A DNA stretch of 64,000 nucleotides from Monocercomonoides exilis PA203 (GCA_001643675.2 LSRY02000044.1:310001-374000); one strand, 5' to 3'. Counted from the first letter of the stretch, positions 47,429-61,470 are shown. Program-made: numbers and translations. Notes: generated by a model not told the origin, from the letters alone.

Positions 47429-50400
47429 ATGCTTCCAGCTGTGAAAAAGCCAGAATTTGTGAACTATGCATCAACATCAAATCTACAAAGGCCAAATCTT
47501 TTGCAAAATTTGTTGAAATACGGAAGTGTTGTTGATCCAAACGCGAGCTTCTTCCAGAATTCTGGAATGACAAGTAATTCAGATTTATCTCCTTCTCCAA
47601 AAGCTTCATCGAGGATTCGACAATTTGATTCAAAAAAAGCTTCTTTTTCGAATAATTTTCAAATGTCAAATTCTTCATCATTTCATGATTCTTCGGAAAA
47701 GAACACGAATAAAGATTCAAATTTTATTGACATTCGAGAAAATGAAGATTTAATTGACGATAAGACCTTTGACGATTCTTCTCCATTGTTGATATCATTC
47801 CCACTATCTCCACAAGCAAGCTCAAAGGAAATTCACAATCAAAAATCATCATATTCATCAAGTTCTACAAATATTCTTTTTGAAAAAAATGCGGACATCT
47901 ACGAGCTTCCGTTCGCGACAAATGGAAGAGACGCCCATGTTCAAAGTGAGGATTTCACATATATTGCTCCAGAAGTTTTCATGGCTTCTGGAATGCAATT
48001 TCCAGATTTTTCAAAGAAACAATTACCAGAAAACAAAACAACAGATGCTTCTCTAGTTAATAACTTTCATCATAACGATGAAACAGGCGTTACGCCGCAT
48101 TTTGAAAGGATTGTCGAAAAACAAATAATTGTTGATCAAAGAAAAGAAAAAGATTTTACAAGCTATGGAAAGAAAGAACTCGAAAAGAAAAACAGCTTAA
48201 ATGATGAAATCTCATCTAAAAATGTAAGAAATTGTATTTCACATTTTCCAGCATCACCGCCGAATGCTGGAGGACCTTTGAACGTTCTTGACTGCTCGCC
48301 ACCAGTTGATTGCAGTAATTTCATTTCATTTTCTTTTGATAAAACAGCGAAAAATGGCACTTCGCGATTTCAACATATCAAAGAACAACAATTTGGGGTT
48401 GATCCATTGCAATCTGTGAAAAGCCTTTCTGGAAGTGGAAAGACTCAAACTTTCTGCAAGCGAATTCTCTCGCTGAATGGGAAGCGAAGGATGGTTGACT
48501 TTGACGATGCAGACAACGAAGAAACGCTTTTTCCGGCATTGAAGCCCGTTAAGCACAAAGAAAGAGAGAACGAATCTGCATCCTCTGAAGACGAAGCGGA
48601 GCCGCTGCAGCAGGCAGCGAAGACTGCTCGGTATGTGCGTGCGAGGCTGGCGGGGTTATCGAGGAGGAGCCGGTTGGAAAGAGCGAACAAGACAGTTTTG
48701 GAGGATGTGCCACAGGAGCAGAGGAGGCAAGGCATGAGGAGTCAGGTGAAAAGAGAGGGGGAGGAAGGGGCATTGAGCGAGGAGGAGCTGATGAAGGTGA
48801 AGAAAGAGAAAGTTATGAAGAAAGGAGGAGGAGGAGAGAAAGACGACAGTGGAGATGAGTCTGAAGAAGACGAGCAACTAAATAAAAACGATTCGAAGTG
48901 GAATCTTGACAGCTATTTTGAGGAAAGCAAGCTTTTGACAGCAGACAAAAAGCGCTCAGCAGCAAAAGGATCTGAAAAGCTGGATGAGACACTGAAACGG
49001 ATGGAGTCCAGAGCGAACACTAAGACACCAAAAGTTGCTTCATCGGCAGTCAGAAATACACCAAATAGAGGTGATGAAGCAGAAAAGGCAAAAATTGGGG
49101 GAGGCGAGGGAAGTCCTGTGATTATACAGAATTTGGCTAAAAATAGAGAGTTGCAAATGAATAAAGAAAAAGAAAGAGAAAGAGAAAGGGAAAGGGAAAG
49201 AGAAAGGGAAAGGGAAAGAGAGAAAGAAAGGGAGAAAGAAAGAAAGAGATTGCAAGCACTGCAGAAAGAAAAAGAAAGAGAAAGAGAGATGAGATTTATC
49301 GAAGAAAATGAAAGAGAACTTGAAAGAGCCAGAGAAAGAGCCAGGTTCAATGACGATAAAAGCTCTTCTTTCAGAAACAGCATCGATGCTTCCTCATTTG
49401 AGCCGTCTTCTGTTCTGTTTGCGAAGGAAGCGGAGCTGAGGCGGCGAAGAGAAGAGGAAGAGGCGATGTATCGGAGACAGCTGCAGGAGCAGGAGCAGGC
49501 CGACGAGCAGTTCGAACGCGATTTGGAGCTGGCGATGCAGCTGTCGTTGATCGAAGAGGCGAACAGGAGAGAGAATGAGAAGTTTCTGGCGGCGATTGAA
49601 ATGCCTGATGAAGCACTGGCATCTGCTCAGCCTCCAATTGCAGCATCAGCACCTCCACAGCCGCCACTGCCAGCAGCAACGGCAACAACAGCCATAGCAA
49701 CAACAATATCAACGCCAGGATCAGCTTCAAAGGCATCTGCACCTGTAACTGCAATTCCACAACCAGCACCTGCTTCAAGTGTGCAGATCGGAACAATTGC
49801 AGCCACACCGCAGAGATTGGCGTCTCCGCAGTCCAATTCCACTGGGAGGAATGCATCTACTACTCCAAATGCCTCCAAAAGCAACCAGCCTTTTCCTCCG
49901 TCAGTTTCTAACCAGTTTTCCACTTTCTCAGTTTCAACTGCTCCTGCTATGCCTTCTCCTCCCTCTGCTCCTTCTCCGTTTGGCTCAATTGATTGGGCAG
50001 TGCCAACTGTTCCTCCATTCCCTCGCTCCAACCACAGAGCCACGCCAAACTCCAACCACAGAAACAGCCATTCTTTCAGACGCAGCACAAACGAGGCATT
50101 TTTGAATGCGTTCTCACCTCTTCTGCAAGCACCGTATTTGGATGACATGGCAGAAGATGCACTGGCACCGCAGTTTCTGTCTGTGCAGCTTTCTGCCACT
50201 CCATTGGAGCAGACAGCTACAACTACCACTACAACTACAACTTTGACTACAACTTTAACTCCAGCTGCAAACACCTCTTTGACATCTGCTCATACACGCA
50301 ACTCATTTGTGCCTTCGAATGGCTTTATTCGTGCAGCATCTGCTGTCCCTCTTGCAACTGCAACACCAGCCACTCCTACTCCTCCTTCAGCGTCTGCTTT

Positions 50401-51060
50401 TTCTTCTTCTTCTGCTGCTGCAACTGCTCCTTTCTCTTCCTCTGCAGTTGCGACTCCGCCGCCGTTTGGCCGTCCTGCCAGCGCAGTAAACCCAGCTGTG
50501 TCAGATGGATATTCTTCGTCTCTTCAACAAGCGATCAATGCAACAGCAATGGCACAGATGCAGGCGCGTTCGTCGTCCAGAAAGAGATACAACGGGACAG
50601 GGGTGCCTCCCAGCGTTTTGAGTAAGATTAGGTCGGGCCCGCTGCTGAAGAAGCACAGCGTCAAGCCAGAAAGCGATGTGCCTGAGACAGTCTTTGGAGA
50701 GTGCACCATCTGCTTGGACAGCTTGAAGGTCGGCGCACAATGCACAGTGCTCTCAGCTTGTATGTTGTGTGGTGATGGAGATATTTATTTATTTTTTTAT
50801 ATCTTATTTTTTCGATTTTTTATCCATTTATTTTTCTTAATGAATGTTAAAAAAATTTTTTTGTTGAAAAATTACTTTAATTTTTTATTATTATTATCGC
50901 TTTTTCATTTCCTTCCAAACTCCTTGTTATTAACATTAATACAGGCAACCATGTGTTCCACACAGAGTGTATAATTCCTTGGCTCTCTCAGCACAAGACA
51001 TGTCCAATCTGCCGATCGATTGTTCAGTCGCGTGTGACAGCAACAAAAGCGCCTTCTTGA
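47429..51060 (+). CDS. RING-H2 E3 ubiquitin ligase with a UIM, ~1,148 aa, 2 exons (47429-50759, 50945-51060)
   Basis: Splicing a 185-nt intron completes CTIC-x14-C.H..H..C..W...CPIC (C3H2C3). UIM-like [18 protein letters not shown] at ~49505-49558. The rest is low complexity or coiled coil. Confidence 0.88.
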
Positions 51061-51839
51061 AAATCGTGTCAGATTTGGTGGATTTTTTTATTCCATTCAA
51101 TCAATTTATTGTCAAATGAGAAGGACAGAAAGATTGAGAGAGAAAGATCAGTGTGAAATGAGATGTATGATATTTTTGCTCAAAAGATGAAGAAGTTACA
51201 AATTTGAAATGATTTCTGAAGATTGCTCAGTTTCTTAGCGTCTATTTAGCATTTATGGATATTAATATGTGCTACAAATGAAAGATTGTTTTAGACTTTC
51301 ATTTATTCTTCTTTTTTCAATGTGCAATTTTTGTGTTTTTCTTCCGTTGAATAAAATGGAAATAGTATTTATAATTAAGTCATCCAGTTTTCGTGTATTT
51401 TTAGCTGTTGCACACATCTCATTCATTGATTAAGTTCTTTAGATTTTTTTGAAAATCATTCATACAGATAGCATCTGAATTACATGCAGTTGAATTGTTG
51501 AATGAAGTTTTCTTGAAATTTCTATCACAAAAAACTAAGTGAAAAATTCTCATATCAAACGATAAAAAAATAAGTCCAGAAAATATTCATTTTGCATATT
51601 GCCACATTAAAAATAACTTCAAAACAAAAAACTTTAGAAATAAAAAATTCAATGAAAAACAGATTTTCAATTGTAAAGTATGAAATTTCCGTATTTATTC
51701 AAAATGCTTCAAACGAAACTAACTAATCCAAAATTCAACGTAAAAAATTCAATAATTTGTAACAAATGAAGTGATGAATTTTTTTTTAAGTCAAACATAA
51801 CACAAAAACCAAATAAAGACTTGTAATCCTTGCGCAACT

Positions 51840-54677
51840 TCACACTTTTGAAGCAGACGCACCCGAATACTTCAGCTGCCTCTCTCTTCTCTGCTTGCTT
51901 TCGCTCCGGAGAAACTCAATCTGCCGTATTTTCTGTGTGGTCGAGTCCAACTCACTCATCAGCGCAGAGGGGGAGGCACAGAGATCAGCAGGGCTTCGCT
52001 GTGTTTTGTGCAGAGAAGAGCGAGAACTCGATGGCTGGCTCGTCTTCGATAAGGAAAGACTGCGGGCCAATGGAGGAATGCGTGTGGAGTTTGCAGAAGC
52101 ATAGCGCGGTTGCGAAGAAGAGCGTGAAGTGTCAGAAAATGAAGAAAGAAACTTGTTTTTCTGTGTGTTCCACGTGGAACTGAAGGAAGATGGCTGCTCT
52201 TCTCTTGCTGTTGCATCAAGAGCATTGCCTGAGAGAGAATAAGATGGACAAGAAGGAGCAAGAGACCGCTGAGTAAGCAGTTCTGTCGGTGAAATGTCGA
52301 GTGATTCGGTCAACGAAGACAGGGCCTTGCTGACCGAGAGCACTGCATCCTTAATGGTGGATGCATCATCTGGATCGTTGCCTCTCCTTCTCTCTATTTT
52401 TCTGCCTCTATCTTTTCCCTGGCTGCTTCCTGTTCTGACTGTTCTGATTCCAATCAGCTGTTTTGTCTCATTCAGCGCTTTGAGCTTGCTCTTTCTCTCT
52501 TCTTCTCTCAGACGCTCGTCAGTCACCAGAACAGAAGGCAAAGAAGGCGATACAACGCCACTTGAATAATACGATTGAGAAATCGAAGGAGAGGCTGTGC
52601 CTGACAAGGGATACACTTGACCTAACAATTGGCTTTGAAGCAACGTTGAATCAATCGAATTTTGATTCAATGAAGATAAAGTTGCAGATTGAGAATTTCG
52701 AGGCGTTGGTCTTCCTCTTTTGAGAGAGCCTTGAGCAGTCTGTTTGTACAGAGGAGGGGATATTGAAGGAGGCGGATAAAGCGATGAATAATCAGCAGAA
52801 TTCGAAAAAACGGGGTTGGTTGAAAGAACTGGAGTGCAAACACGAGGAGCAGCTGTGCTGTTGTCCATGTATGCCTTCATTCTTTGAGTGGAAGAAGGAT
52901 AAGATTGACGCAAAGTATCGCACATTTCCGAGTGTGGTTGATGTGTCAATACCGTTTTGTTGTGCTTTGTTTGCATGCCCATCGAATTAGATCCCAGACA
53001 TTCACACGAATTTGCTTCGTCATCATCTTCATCGTTATCATCGTCATCGCTCCACCTGATTTTTCCCAAGCAATCTTTTTCTTCTCCTTCTTTTTCAACT
53101 GAGCTGACAATCCTTTCCATCTTCTTCAAGCCAAATGGCTCGCCAATCACAACAGACTGCGCCTGCACTTTTAGTCGATGTTCTGCACATTCCGCAACAA
53201 GAAAGAAAATGGCCATGTGAAGATTGAAAATGAATAAAAAAACATATGAAATTTGTAAATGCAAGCAATAACAATGTATATTTCAACATATTTTAATAAG
53301 AATATCACAAAAAAGGAATGTTGAGCAAACCGTCCAATTTCTTCCTCAATTCTTCTCTTGTTTTCAAATACTCCTCCTTTTTGCGCTCCTCTTCTTTCAA
53401 CAACATATTCCGCTTCTTTTCGTCCAATTGGTCTTTGATCACCATAAAATACCCTTCGCTCCTTGGTTTTCTGACTTTTTTATTCTTCTCCCTCGCTGCT
53501 TTCAATGCCATCTCGATGTCCTCATCTTCTTTAAACAGTTTCGCTGCCCATTTCCCTGTTCCTTTCCTCATTTGCCTGTTATTTTTTTCCCTCTCTGCCT
53601 TCTCCCGTATCTTTGCTTCTTCCTCCTCCTTCCATTCCTTCTCCCCGTACTTCTTTTTCCTCTCTGTTTTCACTCTTTCCTCTTCATCCCACTCACCCCC
53701 TTCACGTGGCAGCTTCTTCGATTTCACAGACATCCCACAGAAACCACGGCGGTGTGGAGGCGTGCGAAGTCTGAATGATTTGTAGCCAATGGACCTTGGA
53801 GACGGAAGAAGATATGGCTCCATGAAAGTCTTGTTGTATGAGCTTCGCTGGAAGCAATCTCTTTCTGCTGATGTTGACATCACGCTACTGGATATATCCA
53901 AAGGAGCGGGTCTTGTGGATGTTAAAGAACGAGTGACTGAGATATTTGATGGAAAAGACTCAAAATTGTAAGAACTTAACGTATTTCGCAAGGGAGTAAT
54001 ATTATTTGTTGGAGACAAATACGGTAAGTTATGAGCCGTTCCATATGATGCAAATTGGTCATCAAATGATTGTCTTCCTGAAGGGGGTAACGATGTGTGC
54101 CTTTCTCTTATTCTGTTTCGAGAGTCAAGTGCCATGCTTCTATCAGTCAGACTTCCTTTTTGAATAAGACTGTCATTATTTGTTTTCATCAAATCCGCAC
54201 CATAGAGAGAATGAGATGGTAAATTTTGAGACATAAGCATTCCTTCTTTACTTTTTTTATCTATATTTTGACTTGAATTCTCAAAATAATAAAAATCAAA
54301 ATAAAGTATTAAAAAACATATATATTGAAATGGTTTTTTAAAAAAAAATACTTTTTTTCTTGTTCCCAGAATAAAAGGTTCTATTTCAGGAAGTCTGGAT
54401 TTCCTCAATCCAAGTTTTTCCAATTCTTCAATTTGTTGTAAAAGTGGGGATTTATAAGGTTCAAATTCGCATTCACCAATTTCATTTTGTATCTCAAATT
54501 TATCAATATCTGTATTTATTATTTATTAAAAAATGCATCATATTGAACATTTAAATAAATCGAAAAGAGCAAACCATATCGACTTTCTTCTCCTTCTCTA
54601 ATTGCTTGATTATCGAAATAATTTAAAATTTCAATAGATTCTATTTCCTTTTTTCTCTTTGCATTTTCGCTCATCAT
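51840..54677 (-). CDS. Hypothetical Ser-rich / coiled-coil protein, ~850-875 aa (exons 54677-54575, 54509-53331, 53182-51840; possible extra intron 54280-54351)
   Basis: Frame-preserving GTTTGC..AG introns of 65 and 148 nt join an ATG exon to ORFs 53305-54423 and 51840-53264. No domain recognised. Confidence 0.7.
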
Positions 54678-54774
54678 TGTGTGAATGCCTTGCAAATAGA
54701 AAGAAATAAAAAAATATTTTTCGGCTGTTTCAGAAAAAAAAGTTATGTATCAAGAGTGCCCATATTAAATTCGA
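54678..54774. promoter_or_regulatory. Putative very short bidirectional promoter (97 bp between divergent ATGs)
   Basis: Depends on the two predicted start codons (54677 minus, 54775 plus). Confidence 0.4.
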
Positions 54775-57700
54775 ATGAAATCAATTATATTAGAAAGTGT
54801 TTTTCTCCTTTTGTAAGTGTAGTTAACTAAAGTTACAAGTAGACATATTTGCACATATGCAAAAAAATGATTTGGATGGAGAATATTATTGTGTTAAAGT
54901 CCCAGCTACAGTATCTGATAATGATGTTGTAGAATTGCTATCTCGGATGAAATATCATTATCCATTGCTTGCAAACCTTGAGCACATTTTTACAGATGAA
55001 AGTTCATTGCATTTTTATTTTTTGAGGCATCATATATCATTTCAGCAAGTTGTCGAGTTGGTGAACAAACAAATCATTTCATTCGATTTTCATGTTTGCA
55101 TTTTGATTTGACCACTGTTATTGATTTTATTTTGTTTCAGCAAGCGTTGTATCTTTTTTCTGAATTGCTTTTGGGAGTAATAATCCTTATATCCAATGGT
55201 CTTCCTCATTCATCAATTTGCCCTTCTTCTGTATTTTTAGAAAATTACAGATCAATACGTATAGGTTTCTGCATTTTTTAATGTATTTGCTCGTGAAATG
55301 TTTATTTCATTAACTGTTTATTTTCTATATTGGTAAAATAGAGTATTTTAATGATGAAACGGTAAATGAGATTACAAATAAGACGAATATTGCAAATAAT
55401 TCATTGTTTGCTTCTATTTACTTCTTTGACAAAAAATAATTAACCTTTTTAATCAATAAATTAAATGTAATATTTTTTCTTCGAATGCATTTTTTCATAT
55501 CTTTTTTTTCAGAACACAAGAAAGGATAGATCTGGAAGGTGCTGCAGCGCTTGTCTACGAGTTATTTCATCATCAAACACCAACATTTTCTGATGAATCA
55601 GCCAGCTGCGTTGCGTGTGACATCACCAAGCCATCAGAATCGATGATTCAGTCAACATTTGGACAGTTGTTCATAACAAATCCATTGACTCCAGAAACAA
55701 ACAGGAAAGATTCAATCAGACAGCCTTCAACACCAACATCTTCAAATTCCTTTTTGTCTTCCACTTTTTCTTCTGAAAAGTCAACATTTTCCAGCCGCTC
55801 TGAATCGACTGAGGTTTCACACTCAACTTTTTCTATTGACGAGCCTGCTTATCCTGTCATTCCATTTTCATTGTCTCAAATAGAAAATGTGATATCATCT
55901 TCAAATACTGATTTTTCATCTGCTTCTTCTTCTTCTTCTTCTTCTTCTACCTCTTCATCTCTTTCTCCCTGGAATGCAAACTCTTCCAGTCCTCATCTGT
56001 CGCTGCAGGAAAAGAAAGAGAGAGAAACTTTTGTGCAAATTCTGAATTCAATAATGGAAAGAGACGAAACAACTCAAGTTTGTTCTCAAATTATTTATAT
56101 AAAAAAACTGAAAGAGAAAAATGAAGAAGGAAATTTGGAAGGGCTTATAAATGTCCTTATTGTTTGATGCAATTACAATGATTTTTCAAATGAGCATTGA
56201 AATAATCCATATTTTTTTTTCATTAAAAATTAAAAGTTTTATCAATAAATCAATAAACCTCTTTTTATATTTCTCTTTTATTTTTCGTTTCCATGTTTTT
56301 TCTCAGATATCTGCCTTCACCATCTTATCGAATGCACTTTTTGTGCCCATTCTGAAAGAGATCAGAAGTCGAGCAGCGTTGGAGAGAGTGGCGTTGCTCC
56401 AGAGCGAAACGACAAATGACACACGAAGTAATATCAAAGGAGAATGTGAAAGAAGAAGAAGAAGGAAAAGTCAAATGGAGATGAATGGAATAAGATTTGA
56501 TTGTGGATCGTATTCTTCTTCTTCTTCTTCTGGTTGTTCTTCAGGTTATTCTGAAGAATTGTCTGAGGAGTCATCTTTAGTCAAGCAGATTGATTGCTCC
56601 AAAGATGACATGAGAAATTCAAAGAACAAAAAAAGAACAAAAAATGAAAAAAGTGCTTTCAATAAAGATGCAAGTTATGATGAAAATTGCAATGCTTATG
56701 AATTTGAAAGAGGGGGAAGCGAATCTCAGAGCGAAGATGGGATCAAAGAGCTTGATGTTCCACAAGACATAGCCAGCAATAAGACTCTTCCTTCTTTCCC
56801 TCCTTGCACTTTTCCTGCTTCTGATCAACAATATTCACCTCGAAGTTCAATTTCTTCTTCTTCCTCTTCTTCCTCCTCTTCTTCTTCCTCATCGTTTCAT
56901 CATTCCACCCACAAAAATGCCTCTTTTTCTGTTTCTGAGACACTTTCTGGCTGTTCCATTTCATCAGGCGATTCTTCATTGGCTTCTTCTGCTTCAACTT
57001 ATCTGGCCAATGCAACGCCTCTTTTTTCACTGCCTGCATATCACACTTCCTCATATTTATCTTCTTCTCATTCACATAATTCATTGTCACCTTCTCCTTC
57101 TCAATCTCTTTCTTCTTCTCCTTCTCCTTCACCCACATCATCCATCATCCATCTTGTTCAGCATCCAGACACGCCTGCCTCTCCCTCTCCCTCTTCTTCT
57201 TCTTCTTCTTCTTCAGACAGAAGCTCTCCTCAGCCAACTGTTATTCACATTTTGGAAGAAGATAATGAGAATGAGAACGAACAGAAAGAAGAAGAAGAAG
57301 AAGAAGAAAGCAATAGAGATATTTCTGAGAATATTCAAACTATCAGGTTATCAAACTTTTCTTCTTCTTCTTCTTCTTCTTCTTCTGTAATTCTTCCACA
57401 ACATCCAAACTATTTATTTCAGTCTTCGTCCACTTCATCTGCTTTTGGTGAAACAGAAACTGTTCTTCATTCTGCTTCAAGCTGTTTTTCAATCAATGAA
57501 CCTTCTGTCAACATTTCATCCATTTCGCCAGATGCTGATTTGCCTACTGCTTCATTAGAAGCATCAATTCATTCAGAGAATTCAAAAGATGCTTCTTCTT
57601 CTTCTAACCCACACCAAAATTCTTCATCTGCATTTCATCTCAATTCATCCAACACATCATCCGCATTTCAGCATCCATTTCTTCCTTCTTCTGCTTCTTC

Positions 57701-60700
57701 TGCATTCTCTCCTCCTTCTCCTCCTCCTCCTTCCTCATCTCCTGCTCATTCTTCTTCTTTTCCTGATGTTTCTCACATCACACCTTCACCTTCTTGTTCT
57801 TGTTCTCCTTCACCTTCTCCTTCTGCTTCTGCTTCTCCTTCCACATTCTACTCATCTCATACGCATCTCTCTCAATTGGCATTCAATTCTTCCTCCAATC
57901 AGTCAGCATATCACGCACAACAATCACCAGAACCAACAACAGTTTGAGCTTTCTTTATCTGCATTGCTTATGAATTTCATATTTATCTCCTTTTTTAATC
58001 TTTTTCTTCTTTTCTTCTTTTTATTTTGAATGCATTTTCATCTGTTTTCTTGAATATCATTTTTTCAGTTTCAGATAACGCCCACTTCGTTCACAAGGCG
58101 ATCAATAAGAGAATTATCCGATCTCATCAATCTGATAGACAGCATCATCAAATATTCACAGGATATCTCCCCTTCTCAAGAACTGAATCCATTTCATTCG
58201 TCTTCTGCTTCTGCGTCTTCTTCTTCTTCTTCAATTTCTTCTTCTTCATCTTCCTCATCATCATCTTCTTCTTCTTCTTCGGTTTATGATTCTTTTAATC
58301 CTTCCTCATTGTATTCACAATTCCACAGTATTGGTCCTTTATCTTCTTTATCTGAGCATCTCATCCTTTCTTCTTCTTCTTCTTCTTCTTCTTCTTCTTC
58401 AATCTCACCTACAACTTCCATTTCAGACGAATCTCTCTGGATGCTCCCCGACACTGCTGTCATGTGCCTGATCGAATCCCAAGCACAGACACTCTACATC
58501 ACCCACGACTTCTCTTCTGTCTCTGTTTCAGCTGCGCAGCTGGAGTTTGTGCTAGCAATGCTCTCTTCTAACGATGTGAACATGAGCTATCGCGCTGCTG
58601 CCCTCCTCTTCTTCCTATCGGCCCATCCGCTTTCGTGGTTCGACAGCTTCTTTGCAGACAACGCACTCCAGCGCATTTCTGAGGTGCTGGCGGCTGAGTG
58701 CCACAGGAAGACGATTTGTGTTCTTATTCTGGTGGTGACACAGCTGTTGGAGAAGAGACAGTGCAGGCAGATGATTTTGGAGGTCAAGAAGGCGAAAAGA
58801 GGGGTTGAAGGAGAAGGAAAAAGGAAAAAGAATGAAGAGAAGACACAAAAATACTTAAGTGAGCAAAAACGTGGCTTATCTGATGAAGAAGAGGCAACGA
58901 AATTATTGAAAGAGCGATCGTCTTTTGCGCAGAAGAGCAGAGAAGGCAATGCCAGCAAGCGCAACAAATGGGACGAGCTGTTTGACACGCTGGCGAAGAG
59001 CGACCCGGCGATCATTCCATTTGTGGCACGGTGGCACAAGCAGAGGCTGATGCTGCTGCTGAAGGAGAGGCAAGAGCTACAGAGACAAAACAGCGCAGGA
59101 AGAGAAGAGGCAGAAGGAATGGAAGAAGGATATGATTTGAAGGAAGATGAAAACGCAAAAGCGGAAGATGAAGTGAATGGTTTGACAGTTGGAAGAGAAT
59201 GTGTGGTGCATGCGAATGAGATAGTGAGCACAGGGATGTTCTCACAGTTCGACCATTATTTCCGCTCGAGAACGGCCAGCTTGAATGCGAAAGTGCCAAT
59301 CCTCTCGTTCGCCTCTGCTTCAGCATGGGCAGCCACAGAGTCGGAGTCGATGATGGACGAAGTGGTGGTTCTGCTTGTGATTGTCAGCTGTCTTGTCAAT
59401 TCGCCTCAGTCGCTACTGCCTCACATGCATTTTCTGTCTCAGATGTTTTTCTCGATGGGGCTTGATGATGTGCTGCCTATTATAACCATTTACAAGTTGC
59501 ATCCTGATCATTGTATGATGGCTTACATTCATTTTCTTTGATTTCTAAATTGCTTTATTTTATTATTCCTCTTTGATTGCTCATTTAATCATATTTTGTT
59601 TCGAAAAATATTTTGTATGATTTCTTCGTTTGAATTTTTAGGTGATTTAAATATGTTCTTCGATATGATTCAAAATCCTCAGAGGATATTGGCAGTTATT
59701 CAGTTTGAAAAATTGATTTCTTTTATGGAAAACTAATTCTTCCACTATTTTTAATTATATTGTGTTTTAAAAAAATATATGATTTTCATGTAATATTTAT
59801 AAATATGTATTCATTTTCAACAGAACTTATCGAGGAAACCGACTATCGCTGTTTTTAAGCAATCTTCAGCAATTAGTGCTGCTCAACCGCCATTCATTTA
59901 CAGCTAACCTTCTCTTCAGCGGAATACTAACGCAACTCAAGACGTTGATTCTGGATGCTTCTACGCCTCTTTTTCTGCTTCGTGTAGTTCCTCTTTTGTG
60001 CGCTTCTCTCTGCCAAGCGGATGAAGAAGCCTTTTTCCTTGCGTCTCCACAAAACTTAGCGTCATTAATTGCAGAAAGGACGATTGCAGTGCAGAACGAG
60101 CAATGTTTGAAATCGCTTTTTGTTCTTCTTTCGATGCTGATGGGCCATTTCTTTGGCTGCATTGATGTTGAGTGGCATGAGAGGCTTCTTGAGAAGATAT
60201 GTGATGTGCTTATGAATGAACGCAATTGCACATCTTTGAATGTGGAAGAAAAGAATGATGATGTGTTGAAAGAATGCGAATGTGGAGATTATTCTGGCAA
60301 TGACATTGGAAGAAGCGAGGAAAACAATGGCAAATACAGCAGAGAAATGAATTATTCTGATGGCGATGAAGAAGAAACAGATTTGCTTCGTTTTCTTTTT
60401 CGGCTGCTTCTTGCTTCAGTTCAGCAGAGCAGAACAACTTCGTTGTACAATCCACTGTTTAACCATGCAGTCCATCTGAAATTGATTAGCTGCCTTTTGA
60501 GTATTCAGAATGAAAATGGAAAGTGGAAGCAAATGGGAGTAGCAGACATTTCTGGACTCAAAAAGGATCGAGAAACTATCAATGATTGGAAAGATGAGAT
60601 GCAATCGAAGGATCTGAAAAATGAAACTGCAAAATCATTTATCAATGAGAATTCTTGGTTTTCTTTATCAAATTCTCAATTATCAGACAATCCTTCAAAA

Positions 60701-61286
60701 TCTCCGACCTATCCTTACTTTTCTATGCCGCCGCATCAGAAGTCAAATTCATTCTTTCTTGATCCTCTTCAGGAGAAAAGGCATTTGTGTGCATTGTGTC
60801 TTCTTATTCTTTTCAAGGGACAAAAACTTCCTGCAGAACTCGAAGATTCGCTGCTAATTGTGGTTTCATCGCTATCCGCACTTTCTCCTTTTCTTTTTGG
60901 AATTGGAATGATTGCTATCACATTTACTGTTCAATGCGAGCAAAACCATCAATTATTTTTTTCAAGTGATGTTTTAGCGATTATTTTCCGACTGTTATCG
61001 TATGACAATGATTTTTTTAAGTTTTTTTTAATGAATTTTATGGGCTAAATTAATATTTGCGAAAATAAAATTATATCTTTCTTACAGGGTGCCACGTGAT
61101 GCAGTTCGCGTTGGTGTGCTAAGATTTCTGTGCCAATTTGCGTTATGTGCAACAATAAAGACAAGGCGCCAACTTCTTGAAATGGGATTGGCAGAGAGAG
61201 TGGTGTCAATTACAGAAAAAGCAAAGAGTTCGGCTCTTATTGCTTTAGCCACTTATTTGTTTGATATTCTTCTGAATGATGAATAA
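54775..61286 (+). CDS. N-terminal pseudokinase with C-terminal ARM/HEAT-like helical region, ~1,846 aa, 10 exons (54775-54796, 54843-55093, 55141-55264, 55342-55405, 55513-56077, 56307-57941, 58069-59512, 59642-59702, 59824-60999, 61088-61286)
   Basis: Nine GT-AG introns give one open frame. Kinase-fold landmarks: YYCVK; YPLLANLEHIF..LHFYF; LFSELLLGVIILISNGLPHSSICPSSVFL; SIRIEYF; IDLEGAAALVYELF; ISAFTILSNALF. Leu-rich helical C-terminal half. Exon 1 is the least certain. Confidence 0.7.
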
Positions 61287-61417
61287 ATGATATCTATTCT
61301 TCATGACTATTACTTCTTTTTCGCGTTGTTGATGGCTTTCAATATCATAATAGTTATTAAAATTACGATTGAAACTTTTCTCATTTTAATTGAATGCAAA
61401 TTTTTTCAATGCCCTGT

Positions 61418-61418
61418 T

Positions 61419-61465
<47 letters not shown>
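61418..61465. repeat. (TTTA)n microsatellite, about 12 units
   Basis: Directly visible. Confidence 0.95.

Positions 61466-61470
<5 letters not shown>

Noticed and set aside
16390-51060. Functional ubiquitin gene cluster (APC2, Elongin A, RING-UIM)
   Set aside because: The genes are interspersed with unrelated ones and ubiquitin-system genes are common; no evidence of co-regulation.
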